A DNA stretch of 64,000 bases from Candidatus Kaiserbacteria bacterium (GTDB lineage: Bacteria > Patescibacteriota > Minisyncoccia > Phycocordibacterales > JABMNX01). Both the position numbers and the translations under genes were made by a program. Numbering within the stretch: position 1 is the first letter of the stretch; every line of letters starts with the position of its first letter. Below, in pieces: positions 19,121 to 30,124 of the stretch. The notes beneath the pieces were generated by a model. The model had not been told where the DNA came from. It did no database searches and was given only the letters and a program-made list of their open reading frames with translations. Where the stretch lies: contig JACPLB010000002.1 of assembly GCA_016186705.1 (NCBI GenBank), positions 20,811 to 84,810 on the forward strand. Direction: 5' to 3'.

Positions 19121-20911
19121 TCATGCATCACCTTCTCCCCGCATAACCTTAAGGAAGACGTCTTGAGGAATGTTTACTTTCGCGTGCTGTTGCATGCGTT
19201 TTTTTCCTTTTTTCTGCTTTTCCCATAGTTTCTTTTTTCGGGTCACATCTCCTCCGTAAAGATACCCGGTGACGTCCTTTCGAAGCGCCGAGAGCTTGCG
19301 TGAGGCGAGTATTCTTCCAAGAGCGCGCGCCTGTATCTTCACGATTACCTGCTGGCGCGGAATGAGGGAGTAGAGCCGCTCCACCATATTTTCCGCTTCT
19401 TCATCCAGGCGCGCGCGGGACACGACACGAGAGAACGCGGGAACAAGCTCTTCGGCGACCAAAATGTCAAGCCGGACCACATCCGCCTCAAGCAGTCCCT
19501 CCAGATTATAGAGAATGGACGCGAAGCCTGACGACGCATTTTTGAGCTTGTCAAAGAAATTCCGCATGAGCTCGCGAAGCGGCATCCTGGCGTGGATGCG
19601 CGTCCGGTTATCGCCGAAATTTTCCGAGTCTCCGACAACCGCCTCGTGCTGAAAGAGAAGTGGCATAATGGTCCCGATATACTCCGGCGGCACGATAATC
19701 TCAATTTTTACCCACGGCTCAAGGATTTTTTCAAACGTATTATGCTCGGGAAATTGCGTCGCCGAATATATTTTTTTGTGTTCCCCGTTTCTCCGCACCA
19801 CCTCGTACGTAATGCTCGGAGTCGTTACCACAAGTTCAAGATTAAATTCGCGACGCAGGCGCTCGGTGATAATTTCAAGATGAAGCATCCCCAAAAAACC
19901 GCATCGAAACCCTCTGCCCATCACGCCGGACGTTTCCTCCTCAAAAGAAAGGGATGAGTCAGAGAGACTCAAGCGCATGAGCGCCTGTCGAAGCAGGGGA
20001 AAATCATCTTGGCTCTCGGGATAGACTGACGCCCAGACCACGGGAGACGGTTTCATGTATCCGGAGAGCGCCGGAGCAGTGCTTCCGAAAAATACCACGG
20101 TGTCTCCAACCGAGACGACCCCCGGCTTTTTTATTCCCGTGACGATGTATCCAATGGAACCTTCCGAGAGTGCGTTTACCGGTTTTTCTTCCGGAGAAAA
20201 AATGCCGATTTCAACGGCATTAAATTTTTCTTTTGCCGCTTTAAAAAGAAGCTGACGCCCCTTCCGCGCCTCTCCGTCGAGCACCCGGATATAGACGATG
20301 ACTCCGCGATGAGTGGAATATTCAAAGTCAAAGACAAGTCCTCTGAAGTCATCGTAGTGAGACTGCGGCGCCGGCACGCGCTCAATAACCTCGTCAAGAA
20401 GTTTGAGTACGCCCTCGCCGGTCTTTCCCGAGCACTCGAGAATATCTTCCGGGGCGCACCCAAGGAGCGCTGCGACTTCCCCACGTACTTCTTTGATGCG
20501 CGCAAGCGGCGAGTCAATTTTGCTTAAGACCGGCACAATGACCAAGCCAAGCTCTTGAGCCATGCGGAGCGTCGAGAGCGTCTGTGCCTGTACTCCCTGC
20601 GTGCTGTCCACCAAAAGGACAGTGCCTTCTACCGCTTTGAGCGCGCGGGATACTTCGTAGTAAAAATCAATATGCCCCGGCGTGTCAATCAAATTTAGAG
20701 TATAGCGTGTAGCGTTTTTGGTATAGGACATAGTAACGGGCTGCATTTTGATGGTAATGCCCCGTTCACGCTCAAGCTCCATGCTATCGAGTACTTGTTC
20801 TTTCATTTTCCGTTTTTCTACGGTCCCCGTCAGTTCAAGCATTCGGTCGGCGAGCGTTGATTTCCCGTGGTCAATATGCGCTATGATAGAAAAGTTTCGA
20901 ATATAATTCAT
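19121..20911 (-). CDS. lepA: Translation elongation factor 4
   Basis: IAHIDHGKSTLADR, RERGITIK, GFLGMLH, YGGDVTRKKKL. Confidence 0.98.
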   Translation of the reverse strand: MNYIRNFSIIAHIDHGKSTLADRMLELTGTVEKRKMKEQVLDSMELERERGITIKMQPVTMSYTKNATRYTLNLIDTPGHIDFYYEVSRALKAVEGTVLLVDSTQGVQAQTLSTLRMAQELGLVIVPVLSKIDSPLARIKEVRGEVAALLGCAPEDILECSGKTGEGVLKLLDEVIERVPAPQSHYDDFRGLVFDFEYSTHRGVIVYIRVLDGEARKGRQLLFKAAKEKFNAVEIGIFSPEEKPVNALSEGSIGYIVTGIKKPGVVSVGDTVVFFGSTAPALSGYMKPSPVVWASVYPESQDDFPLLRQALMRLSLSDSSLSFEEETSGVMGRGFRCGFLGMLHLEIITERLRREFNLELVVTTPSITYEVVRRNGEHKKIYSATQFPEHNTFEKILEPWVKIEIIVPPEYIGTIMPLLFQHEAVVGDSENFGDNRTRIHARMPLRELMRNFFDKLKNASSGFASILYNLEGLLEADVVRLDILVAEELVPAFSRVVSRARLDEEAENMVERLYSLIPRQQVIVKIQARALGRILASRKLSALRKDVTGYLYGGDVTRKKKLWEKQKKGKKRMQQHAKVNIPQDVFLKVMRGEGDA

Positions 20912-20978
20912 AATGAGGTCTTTTTCTTAGAATACTTCAAAGACGCGGCGTGTTTCTCCACACCGCGTCGGGAAAGAA

Positions 20979-22652
20979 TCAAAGTTCGACACTTTCCTGC
21001 CCAACCGTCTGTGTCTTCCAAAACTTATGAAGGAGATAGTGCTGTATTTCCTTTATCTCCCGGTTTCCCAAGAGCTTCAGAAGAACGACGCCGGCGACAA
21101 TGCCGATGATTCCGGAGAAAAATCCTTGCGCAAATATACCCCAAAACGTATTTATATCAAAGATGTCGTCAAAAAAATCTAAAAGCTGATGGACCACGAA
21201 GCCCATAACAACGGACGCGGAGAGCACTTCAAAGAAGACTCGCAGGATTGGGCGTGAAAATTCGTGTGTGTCCCGCTGAAACAAAAACCAAAAGACGCCT
21301 GCGTTAATGAACATGCCGCATGAAAACGCCAAAGGGAGCATCAGTACTTCGGTGCCAGGGACGTCTTCTATTCGAAACAACGATTCAAAAAAATACCTGA
21401 TGATTTCCGCCGAACGGAATATTTCAAGGAAACCATACGCAAACAAAACGGTAAGTCCCGCAGAGAAAGCGTTTACCGCAAGCGGCAGACGAGTTTTTCC
21501 CGATGCGTAATAGCCGCGGACAAACAAGAGAACGAGTCCCTGGGCAATCAAGGAAAGTGTGAAAAGAGCGAGGAGCGCGGCGGTAAGACGCGTATCCGCC
21601 CAGTCGAATGCTCCGGAGCCAAGAATGACCCTGACGATCTGCGCTCGGAGTACGATGAAAAGAATGACGATGGGAGTGGACCAAAAAATAATATGCCGCG
21701 CGGCAGTAAGCATGTGAGCGATGAATTCCGCGCGGTTTCCGTTTGAGACGAGGCGCGCGAGTGTCGGGAAGGCGGCGACCGAATAGCTCGCGCCGATAAT
21801 CGCGAGGGGGACCGCTTGGAGATTGAACGAGAAATTAAAGACCGTGATGGAGCCCTCCGCCATGAGAGACGCGAGCGCTATAAGGAAAAGGAGTGCCAAA
21901 TGCTGTGCGGAGAGAGCAAGCGTTCGAGGAAGCGAGAGGAACACGACGTCTTTCAGTTCTTTGAAATCAAACCGCGTTGCTATACGGTCAAGAAAACCGC
22001 GCATGACAATGAAAGGCACTTGAATGCCCGCGTGGAGAAGCGCCCCGAGAAGGACGCCGTAGCCGAGGCCGAGAATGCCAATGGCGGGATAGAAGAAGAG
22101 TACGCCGACAATAATCCCCGCGTTGTAGAGAAGCGGCGCAAGTCCGTAGAGCACGAATCGTCCGTACACCTGGGTAACGCTTCCAAAGATGTTTGAAACC
22201 CCGAGCACTATCGGCTGAAGGAGGAGAATCCTCGTCAATAGAATGAGCGAGTCAAAGTGAGCCGAGTCAACAAGTCCCGGGAAGAGGTAGGGCACTATGC
22301 GCGGCACAAGAAAAAATAGAAGCACGCTCAAGATGGTAATAAAAAAGAGGAACGCGGAGAGGATGTGCCCGATAAAGCGTTGTTGGTAAAGATGGTCGTT
22401 CTCCCTGCTTAGAAAAGGAATGAGGGCGTATATTGACACCATTGACGCAACCGACACGAAGACCATGTCGGGAATACGAAACGCCGCGTAGTAGATATCG
22501 AGAAGCTCGCCTGCGCCAAAATAGTGGGCAAGCAGTCGGTCGCGTATCAATGCGAGTATCGCGGAGAAGAGCGCGAAGAGACCGAGGAAATAGGCGGCTT
22601 CGTGAAGGCTTCGTATCTCCCGATGGAGCGTTAAAAGAATGCGTCGAACCAT
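20979..22652 (-). CDS. murJ: Lipid II flippase MurJ/MviN
   Basis: RDRLLAHYFG, DIYYAAFRIPD, many TM helices. Confidence 0.9.
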   Translation of the reverse strand: MVRRILLTLHREIRSLHEAAYFLGLFALFSAILALIRDRLLAHYFGAGELLDIYYAAFRIPDMVFVSVASMVSIYALIPFLSRENDHLYQQRFIGHILSAFLFFITILSVLLFFLVPRIVPYLFPGLVDSAHFDSLILLTRILLLQPIVLGVSNIFGSVTQVYGRFVLYGLAPLLYNAGIIVGVLFFYPAIGILGLGYGVLLGALLHAGIQVPFIVMRGFLDRIATRFDFKELKDVVFLSLPRTLALSAQHLALLFLIALASLMAEGSITVFNFSFNLQAVPLAIIGASYSVAAFPTLARLVSNGNRAEFIAHMLTAARHIIFWSTPIVILFIVLRAQIVRVILGSGAFDWADTRLTAALLALFTLSLIAQGLVLLFVRGYYASGKTRLPLAVNAFSAGLTVLFAYGFLEIFRSAEIIRYFFESLFRIEDVPGTEVLMLPLAFSCGMFINAGVFWFLFQRDTHEFSRPILRVFFEVLSASVVMGFVVHQLLDFFDDIFDINTFWGIFAQGFFSGIIGIVAGVVLLKLLGNREIKEIQHYLLHKFWKTQTVGQESVEL

Positions 22653-22654
22653 GC

Positions 22655-24982
22655 TTATTCTTCCACGAGAGGCGGAGTGAAGTTCTCAAACGGCGCCCGG
22701 CCGACAATGAGATTTTCAATAATGCTGTTGACCTCTGAATTGCCAGGGTCAAGATTTTTCACAGTGGTCAATTCGCGAATGGCATCTTGAGTCCGACCGG
22801 CTTCATAGTACGAAAGCCCCAAGAAGTAACGAGCATTCGCATACCGACTGTCAATTGAAACTGCCCGTTCAAACGCGCCGATGGCGCCGGAGAAATCCCG
22901 CGTCGAATACTTAAGGAGTCCGAGCTGGAAGAACAGAAGACTATCCTGCGGAGAGAGAAGCGTTGCCGCTTCAACCGACTGAATTGCTCCCTTGGTATTA
23001 CCCTCCCCTATCTCTATCTGCGAGAGAAGTGAGATGGCATTCGTGTAATCATTTTTTATACGAAGCGCTTCGCCAATGTAATCCCGCGCTGTTTGATTGT
23101 TGCCATTAAGCGCTTCAACGCGCGCCAAGTTCAAGAGCATTCTCGGATTATTCGGATTGAGAGTTCGCGCCTGCTCATAAGCGATTTTTGCATTGTCATA
23201 CGCACCATTTATCCGAAGCGGAATGAGCGTCTCGTATATCCGACCGAGGAGAGCCCAGTTCTGGTAATTTCTTTCATCCGCAGACACCGCTTTCTGTGCG
23301 TTCTCTATAGCAGAGGTCAAGAGCGATTGAAACCGCCCCTGCAATTCTTCCGCACTGCCATCCTGATTAAGAAGTCCCGCAAGCCTAAGAAGAAATATCT
23401 CCGCGGATGCCCTGTGTGTTTGGTCGCTCTTGCTGAAAAGGAGCGCTCTGTCGGCGTTTCTTTGCGCCTCCGAAAGGTTGCCCGTCACGCGAAGGGCCAC
23501 GCCGGCGCGCTCTATGTAGACTGACGAGACAAATTTTTCCACGGAAGCGTACAGTCCTAAAGCAAAAGAGACGACGAGAACAAAGAGTAGTGCAACTATC
23601 GCAAACCCGATGCGCGGATTCTCATTAAAGGAGAGTTTCTCCGCTCGTATCCTCCCGGTCCACGTCTCTGCGGCAATGAATATTCCAGAGAAGAGAAATG
23701 CAAGGAAAAAGAGAGTCACGTGGGGAACGTAAAATACGGAAAGTATCCACAGGAAGAGCGCGGCAAAAAACGAGGACGTAGCGAGGTAATCGTCAAACAA
23801 TTTCGAATGCCTCTTGAGAAACGTGCGGGCGCCGCTTACGAGGAATAGGATAAAAAACGCGAGCCAGACAAGAGCGCCGAGAATGCCGTTCGTGATAAAG
23901 AGAGTCGGAATAATGCCGACTCCAAATGAAAAATCAACATCCCAAAACGGAGTCTGATTGGTTCTTAATGGTTTGCTGAGAAGCCATTCTTTTGTAAAAT
24001 TATTCGGTCCGGCGCCGAAGAGCGCTTCTTCCCTGTATACTTTTTCAAAGATTGCAAATGTGCTCTGCCACGAAGGCCGCGCCTCGACTTGAAACGTATT
24101 GAATTGCGCGTCAATAAATTTTTCAAATGAAGGTCCTGCGAATATAAAAAATGCCGAAATGACGAGAACGAATAGGGAGAACCCCGATATCTTTCGGGGG
24201 TGCATGTCCTGATTGGATATTGTCTCCGGAGACCCTTCTTGCGATTTTGTGAGAAATCGGGTTTCAAAAAAAGAGCGGATAAAAAGGAGTGCCGATATTC
24301 CCGCAAGAACGATCCATACCAGCGCGAAGTGGACAACGGCAATCATAAAGAGTCCCGCTATCAAATTTATGTACGAAAGAACCTTAAGCAATCCGCGCGG
24401 ACGAAGGACGTCAAGCGTTATGAGAGAGAGAATGACTATAAGCCCCGAGAAAATAGCGACGTCGTTCCACTTCCCGATTAAGTTTGATGTGCCCCCCGGG
24501 AAGACATTGAGCGGAGAAAATCCGCCGCTCAAAAACAACTGCGCAACATGGTAGACAAAAAAGATAAGCGCGGAGACCGCGAGCGTAAGGTAGAGCGTGA
24601 TAACTTTGTCTTTTGAGGTAAACAGAAACGCTCCGATTCCAAACCCGGCGGACATAACCGTGAGAAACAAGACTGTATCGAGGGCAAATCCCTGCCCGAG
24701 AAGAGAGTGAGTGAAGCTTCCGGAGAGGGCGCTCGAAATAAGGGCGACTATCGGCAATGCAAGGAGTGGGACAGCGAGCACGCCTTTGGGGAAAGTCAGT
24801 GTGTTATCTTTGAGACGAGCAACGCTCCAGAGAAGTCCCGCTAAAAAAACGCCGAGTCCAAGCATAAAAAGCTTTGTGTCGGACGCCGAAACCGATACAA
24901 AAGGAACGACGAAGATGGGTAGAAGAAACACAAGCACGAGAGTTACCAGTATCGCAAGTGAATCAAGTTTCTCGTTTGTCAT
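22655..24982 (-). CDS. Polytopic membrane protein (O-antigen ligase-like) with C-terminal TPR repeats
   Basis: Many TM segments, LFGAGPNNF motif, TPR-like helical repeats. Confidence 0.75.
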   Translation of the reverse strand: MTNEKLDSLAILVTLVLVFLLPIFVVPFVSVSASDTKLFMLGLGVFLAGLLWSVARLKDNTLTFPKGVLAVPLLALPIVALISSALSGSFTHSLLGQGFALDTVLFLTVMSAGFGIGAFLFTSKDKVITLYLTLAVSALIFFVYHVAQLFLSGGFSPLNVFPGGTSNLIGKWNDVAIFSGLIVILSLITLDVLRPRGLLKVLSYINLIAGLFMIAVVHFALVWIVLAGISALLFIRSFFETRFLTKSQEGSPETISNQDMHPRKISGFSLFVLVISAFFIFAGPSFEKFIDAQFNTFQVEARPSWQSTFAIFEKVYREEALFGAGPNNFTKEWLLSKPLRTNQTPFWDVDFSFGVGIIPTLFITNGILGALVWLAFFILFLVSGARTFLKRHSKLFDDYLATSSFFAALFLWILSVFYVPHVTLFFLAFLFSGIFIAAETWTGRIRAEKLSFNENPRIGFAIVALLFVLVVSFALGLYASVEKFVSSVYIERAGVALRVTGNLSEAQRNADRALLFSKSDQTHRASAEIFLLRLAGLLNQDGSAEELQGRFQSLLTSAIENAQKAVSADERNYQNWALLGRIYETLIPLRINGAYDNAKIAYEQARTLNPNNPRMLLNLARVEALNGNNQTARDYIGEALRIKNDYTNAISLLSQIEIGEGNTKGAIQSVEAATLLSPQDSLLFFQLGLLKYSTRDFSGAIGAFERAVSIDSRYANARYFLGLSYYEAGRTQDAIRELTTVKNLDPGNSEVNSIIENLIVGRAPFENFTPPLVEE

Positions 24983-25099
24983 GAGTCTTTACATTAAATG
25001 TTCATATAACTATACCAAATAACAACGCGTGAGGTAACGAATTCTGTGAGTATAAAAGAAAACAGCCCCGCTTGCGCGGGACTGTTTTCATATATCTCA

Positions 25100-25473
25100 C
25101 TTGTATCTATAAGCCGAATTCTGTATCTCTCACTTGGATGATCTAGGTGAGGGGTGATAGCTATTTATCTGGTCCCGACGTTACCGTCGGGATCAAGCGG
25201 CACTTCCGCCGGCTGGCGGACGCGGCCTTGCATTCAGGTAAGGATTTAGCCGTTTCACCCCCTCACATGCACTGCATGTGAGGGACTGCGCCTCCAATTG
25301 AGGAGGCACCCATACGTCTTTCGTTGTACGGCGTCTCTGCTCGCACCTCTATCCTTGCGGACGACGGGTGTTACCCGCTACCCTGCTCCCCTCACATGCG
25401 TTGCAGGTGAGGGGGAATGTTCGGACTTTCCTCCAGACGCCGCAGAGGGCATCCGGCAACTATCCGATACAAG
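25100..25473 (-). ncRNA. rnpB: RNase P RNA
   Basis: Minus strand contains GAGGAAAGTCC and ACAGAATTCGGCTTAT signatures; closing stem CTTGTATC/GATACAAG; terminator hairpin at ~25058-25090. Confidence 0.95.
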
Positions 25474-25583
25474 CTGTGAACAGCATACCACAAAAAGTAT
25501 AAAAAGCAATTACTCTGTACGGCTCTAGAGAGGCAAGAAAAAATGCCACAGGGGTATGGGGCATTTTTTATTTCTTTTCATCT

Positions 25584-25743
25584 GAGCGAAGACTGCCCAT
25601 TTGAAAGGCTTCGCAGGTTGAGCGGGCATGGTATCCTAAGACTTCCAGTATACTGGAAGTCTTAGGATGAGCGAGACCGAGACTTGAGAGTGGGCGCCTG
25701 CTGGGCGCCCAACTCGTACTTTCAAATGGGCAGTGTGAGCGAC
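25584..25743. repeat. Structured intergenic element, copy A
   Basis: 16-bp terminal inverted repeat (25592-25607/25719-25734), internal perfect 36-bp palindrome (25633-25668), second hairpin; motifs shared with 35326-35464 and 34769-34832. Confidence 0.8.
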
Positions 25744-25745
25744 CT

Positions 25746-28139
25746 TTATTCTATTTCACACGTCCCTCCCGCGCACGCGAGCTCTTTTTTAACTTCGGTC
25801 TCGTCCTGAAGTTCGTACGTCATAAGCTTTGAATAGTCAACGTTTTCGAACCGTTGAACGAGCTTCTCGTATTGTTCTTTCGTAATTTCTTCATATGGAG
25901 CAAGCTGATAGAGATGGTTGCTTCGCGGCAGGAATGAGAGTCCGCCGATGATATCCCAGTTCTTATACAGCCAGTCGGCGACGGTAATCCATTCGTTTTC
26001 TCCTACCGAAATCGTCGTTGATGGATTGTGCTCGGTGAAGTTCTTTTTGACTATCTTCCAATGTTCAAGCTGGTCGAGCGCGGTAATCTCATCTCGAAAG
26101 ACAGTGCCCTTCGGGGACTTGACCGGAAACTCCAATACGAACGTGTTGGCGCTCTCCATCGTCTGTCCAACTTCCGGATGAAACGGCACTCCTTGGTCTT
26201 TGAGCATCTTAAAGAGCGAGTCGGTTGCGGAAATGCGGATGCGGCGAATGTAATACGGAGCGTGCCGCGGATGCATGCCAGAGGCGCAGTTCACTGTCTG
26301 TGAGACTGTTCCCGACGGCTTGACGCAGGTAATTGCGTTTGAATGGTTGACGCCAAATTTTTTTGCGTACTGTTTGTTGACCTTGACGGTCTCGGCGCGA
26401 AGTTTCTTCAAAACCGGCGCCTGCCGAACCGCTTTTGAATCCCATTGACCGGTCAAGGAGACTCCAAGCAGACGTTCCGCTTCACAGTTTTCTTTCCAAT
26501 CTTTTGAAAGATATCTGAAATTCGTGAGTGTTGACTGATACGTGCCGAGAATTGTCGCGATGCGCACCTTGCGCAAAAGTGACGCTTCCGTGTCCTCCGC
26601 TCGGCAAATAACTTCGGAGAGATTGCAGAACTGCTTCGACTGTAAAATAATTTCCCCGCACGGGTTTGTTCCCGGTCGGTTGATGCCGTGCTGACCACCC
26701 TCATCAGAATTGTCCTTGTACTTATTTTTCAAATAGGCAAGGCGTCTCTCCGGCAATTGCTTCACGAGACTCCCGCGGTTAAAGATTCCGCGTTCGCCCG
26801 TGCCCGCTTTCATGAGCGCAAACCACTCTTCCATGAACTCAAGGTTTGATGGTCTCTCCTCATAGACGGCGGAATTATTCGCGAGCGAACGCTGTGGATT
26901 CGCAAGCCAAAACTGCCCGTTTTTCGCGTCCCTGACATCGTCATCATCGAGGTCGGAGAGAGAAATCATTGCCGAGCGGCGAACACCGCCAGAGACAATC
27001 GCTTCACCGATTTTGCAGATAATGTCGTGTGCGTCTATGTTGCGCAGACGCCGCCCTTGACGTGAAAGTACCCGTTCACGGGCAAAATTAAGCAATTGCC
27101 GCAGCGGTTCAGGTCCCGATGCTTTGCCGCCCATGGTCTTCAGCCGAGACCCCGCGGGACGGACGTTGGAGTAATCAAACGAAACATCTTTACCGTCAAA
27201 CCATGCTCGAAGACCATGAAGAAGAGCGTCTGCCCATCCTTCCGCCGAATCAGGTACGACGAAGACCTCGAGTTTTTTTCCAGTCTGCGGTTTGATCTGC
27301 GGAAGCTGTCCGATGTTCCAGCTCTCCACTCCAAAACCGACACCCGTTCCTTTTGACGAGAGGTAGAGAATTTCCGCGAAATCCTCGAGTCTCGTCGGCG
27401 CAATGTAGGAACAATTGTACGCGCAGACATTGCATTTGCGGGCGGCATCTCCGGCAAACTGCATGAGCCGCATTGACGGCATGACTTCCTGTTTGAGAAC
27501 TGCTTCCCGGATTTCCGTGTACTCTTTTGCGGTAAGTTTCGTCCCGAGATTCTCTTTCATAAAGCTGATGTAGCGGTCGACCGTTTCAATCCACGTCTCA
27601 CGCCGCCCCTCTTCACCTACCCAGCGCGCGTATGAACGCAGATACACAAAGTAGCCGAGGTCGTTTCCTTTAAAATATTTCGCGCTCTCCTCCGAAAGTT
27701 TTTTGACGCGCTCCGGTACGACAATGCCGAGCTCGCGAAGCTTTGCGCGTTCCGCCCGATAGAGAATGTACGATTTCGCAGTGACAACGTAATCGCCCAA
27801 AATGAGCTGCCGTTCTACTTCGTCCTGACATCCTTCGACGGTCGGCATGAAGTTACGGTATTTTCGCGCAATGCGAACCATGTCCGACGCCACCCGGTGC
27901 GCAACCATGATAGATTCCTCTTTTGAGCCCTCATTGCTTGCGACCATTGCCTTATGAATCGCGTGCGCAATCTTGTTGAAGTCAAATGGAACAATGCGTC
28001 CGTCGCGCTTTTGGATTTTACCGATAAATTTCTTGTAATCGGCTGCGTTGACGACATCTTTTTCTTGCGTGTCGACTTTTGTGTTCATAATCTCGTTAAT
28101 GTGCGCACGAGCTTTTTCCTGTTTGCGGGCATTGAGCAT
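25746..28139 (-). CDS. nrdJ: Class II (adenosylcobalamin-dependent) ribonucleotide reductase with N-terminal ATP cone
   Basis: IQKRDGRIVPFD ATP cone, GGVRRSA, TNPCGEI, VKPSGT, C-terminal CAGGTC; no beta-subunit gene adjacent. Confidence 0.88.
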   Translation of the reverse strand: MLNARKQEKARAHINEIMNTKVDTQEKDVVNAADYKKFIGKIQKRDGRIVPFDFNKIAHAIHKAMVASNEGSKEESIMVAHRVASDMVRIARKYRNFMPTVEGCQDEVERQLILGDYVVTAKSYILYRAERAKLRELGIVVPERVKKLSEESAKYFKGNDLGYFVYLRSYARWVGEEGRRETWIETVDRYISFMKENLGTKLTAKEYTEIREAVLKQEVMPSMRLMQFAGDAARKCNVCAYNCSYIAPTRLEDFAEILYLSSKGTGVGFGVESWNIGQLPQIKPQTGKKLEVFVVPDSAEGWADALLHGLRAWFDGKDVSFDYSNVRPAGSRLKTMGGKASGPEPLRQLLNFARERVLSRQGRRLRNIDAHDIICKIGEAIVSGGVRRSAMISLSDLDDDDVRDAKNGQFWLANPQRSLANNSAVYEERPSNLEFMEEWFALMKAGTGERGIFNRGSLVKQLPERRLAYLKNKYKDNSDEGGQHGINRPGTNPCGEIILQSKQFCNLSEVICRAEDTEASLLRKVRIATILGTYQSTLTNFRYLSKDWKENCEAERLLGVSLTGQWDSKAVRQAPVLKKLRAETVKVNKQYAKKFGVNHSNAITCVKPSGTVSQTVNCASGMHPRHAPYYIRRIRISATDSLFKMLKDQGVPFHPEVGQTMESANTFVLEFPVKSPKGTVFRDEITALDQLEHWKIVKKNFTEHNPSTTISVGENEWITVADWLYKNWDIIGGLSFLPRSNHLYQLAPYEEITKEQYEKLVQRFENVDYSKLMTYELQDETEVKKELACAGGTCEIE

Positions 28140-28305
28140 GGTACAAAGGGGTATTGGTGACAGTGAGTAATTGTTTTTCTATTGTATCTCCAAAAGTCAT
28201 CCGCCGGTATGTGGAAAAGTGCTCAAAAATGCACCATGTAATAAAAAAAATATTCGGTCAACTAATGGAACGTGGGGTGCCTAGAGGAGGGCTTCTTCTC
28301 TGTCT

Positions 28306-28770
28306 CTATCGAGAGCTCCATTTCGCCCGCGAGCCGACCGCCACATCATATTTTTCCGAAAAACCGGCATTGACCTCAAGAACGTACCGTGCCGGAGACT
28401 TCGGATGGAATGTTTTAGGGTAGGTATCGGGAGAGACGTTGAGAGAGAGGTCAACAACGTGGAGATTTTCATCAAGCCAAATGATGTCTATGGGAAAAAG
28501 CATGTCTTTCATCCAAATGCCATGAAAGTCGGACTTTGGAAATACAAAAAGAAGTCCTTGTTTCTCACGAAGCGAAGAGAGATGCGAGAGTCCGAGACGT
28601 CGCGCCTGTGGAGTGTCCGCAATTGCGATCTCGATGTTTGTCGTGCCGATTGAAAACGTTGAGAGTGTGGTATGAAAGATGGTATTCTCGCTCTGCGACA
28701 CCGCTGCAAAAAAAGACGCACTCAAAAGGAGTGCCGCAGAGGCAAGCGTGCCGATGAAAAGGTGGCGCAT
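28306..28770 (-). CDS. DUF192 domain protein
   Basis: IADT..R..GLS, GLLFVF, WMKDMLFPIDIIW, YVLEVNAG. Confidence 0.9.
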   Translation of the reverse strand: MRHLFIGTLASAALLLSASFFAAVSQSENTIFHTTLSTFSIGTTNIEIAIADTPQARRLGLSHLSSLREKQGLLFVFPKSDFHGIWMKDMLFPIDIIWLDENLHVVDLSLNVSPDTYPKTFHPKSPARYVLEVNAGFSEKYDVAVGSRAKWSSR

Positions 28771-28799
28771 GATAGTATTATATAAACTCGCAAGCCAAA

Positions 28800-29564
28800 A
28801 TGACAGCAGAAAAATCCGAAACAGACAGATTGAGACGTTCCATGAAAAAGATTTCACATCCGATTCGCATCAATCAATATTTGCATCTCAAAGGATATTG
28901 TTCGCGAAGACAGGCGGACAGACTTATTGAAGAGGGGGCGGTAATGATAAACGGAGCGACTGCAAAGCTCGGCGCGAAAATTTTTGAAAATGATGTTGTC
29001 AAAGTTTCAAAAAGAAATTCCGCTATACTGAACATGTACGCATATTTTGCATACCACAAACCACGTGGAGTTATTTCACACAGTCCACAGATGAAAGAAG
29101 TGAGTGTGCGAGAAGCGGCAAAACTGCGGAAAGATTTTTCTCCCGTGGGACGTCTTGATAAAGCGTCGAGTGGTCTCATGCTTCTCACGAACGACGGACG
29201 GATTGTCGAGCCGCTTTTAAATCCCCGGTACGGACATGAAAGAGAGTATGTCGTGAAAGTTGACAAGAAAATAAAAAATATGTTCCTGAAAAAAATGCGG
29301 GGAGGTGTGCAGATAGAGGGGTATGTGACAAAACCGGCTGCTGTTGAGAGAATTGACGACCTTTCCTTTCGTATAACCCTCACCGAAGGAAAGAAACACC
29401 AGATACGCAGAATGGCGGCGGCGCTCGGCTATCAGGTACGAGAGCTTACGCGTACGCGCATCATGCACATCAAGCTCGGTGGCTTAAAAAAGGGCGAAGC
29501 ACGTGAACTGACGCAAAAAGAGAGAAGGGAACTGCTTAAAGTCCTTGCTATTCAAGAGGCTTGA
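28800..29564 (+). CDS. rRNA pseudouridine synthase (RsuA/RluB/RluF family) with S4 domain
   Basis: [27 protein letters not shown]. Confidence 0.93.
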   Translation: MTAEKSETDRLRRSMKKISHPIRINQYLHLKGYCSRRQADRLIEEGAVMINGATAKLGAKIFENDVVKVSKRNSAILNMYAYFAYHKPRGVISHSPQMKEVSVREAAKLRKDFSPVGRLDKASSGLMLLTNDGRIVEPLLNPRYGHEREYVVKVDKKIKNMFLKKMRGGVQIEGYVTKPAAVERIDDLSFRITLTEGKKHQIRRMAAALGYQVRELTRTRIMHIKLGGLKKGEARELTQKERRELLKVLAIQEA

Positions 29565-29949
29565 AATCAAGCGAGCAAGAGTTGACGCAGTATCGCTTTC
29601 CTCCCTCTTCTTTCGGGCCGTCATCAAAGACGTGACCCAGGTGTCCTCCGCATTTTTTGCAAACAACCTCGGTACGAGACATACCATGGCTCGTATCTTC
29701 TCTTGTTTCTATCGCTTCAGCAACTTCGGGCTCCGTGAACGACGGCCAGCCAGTCCCTGAATCAAATTTCGTCTTTGACGAGAAAAGTTTTGCTCCACAC
29801 GCCGCACAGTAATACATGCCGTCATCCTTGTGATTCCAATATGCTCCGGTAAATGCAGGTTCAGTCCCCTTCTCACGCAGTACATTAAACTGCTGCGGGG
29901 TGAGTTCCTTTTCCCATTCCTCCTCCGATTTGTTTTTGAAATCTTTCAT
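29548..29949 (-). CDS. msrB: Peptide-methionine (R)-S-oxide reductase
   Basis: [33 protein letters not shown]. Confidence 0.96.
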   Translation of the reverse strand: MKDFKNKSEEEWEKELTPQQFNVLREKGTEPAFTGAYWNHKDDGMYYCAACGAKLFSSKTKFDSGTGWPSFTEPEVAEAIETREDTSHGMSRTEVVCKKCGGHLGHVFDDGPKEEGGKRYCVNSCSLDFKPLE

Positions 29950-30124
29950 AACTTTATTATATAACTTTTGCGGGTTACTCAAGGTTCAAACTTTTAAAAT
30001 GAGACCATGTAAGTGTTCTTTGACGGATTTTTGAGCGGTTAATTGGAGTCTCTGGGTCTGCTCATAGTATAGAAAATGCCGCCCCGAGTGACACGGGGCG
30101 GCGAAGCGCGAGAAGAGTTGCAAT

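Noticed and set aside
18849-19124. 91-aa minus-strand ORF bridging lepA and the ftsB-like gene
   Set aside because: Sequence looks non-protein-like; the opposite strand encodes a more convincing 40-aa membrane protein (18978-19100)
25633-25668. 36-bp palindrome as a CRISPR repeat
   Set aside because: Two dispersed copies 9 kb apart, no spacers, no cas genes
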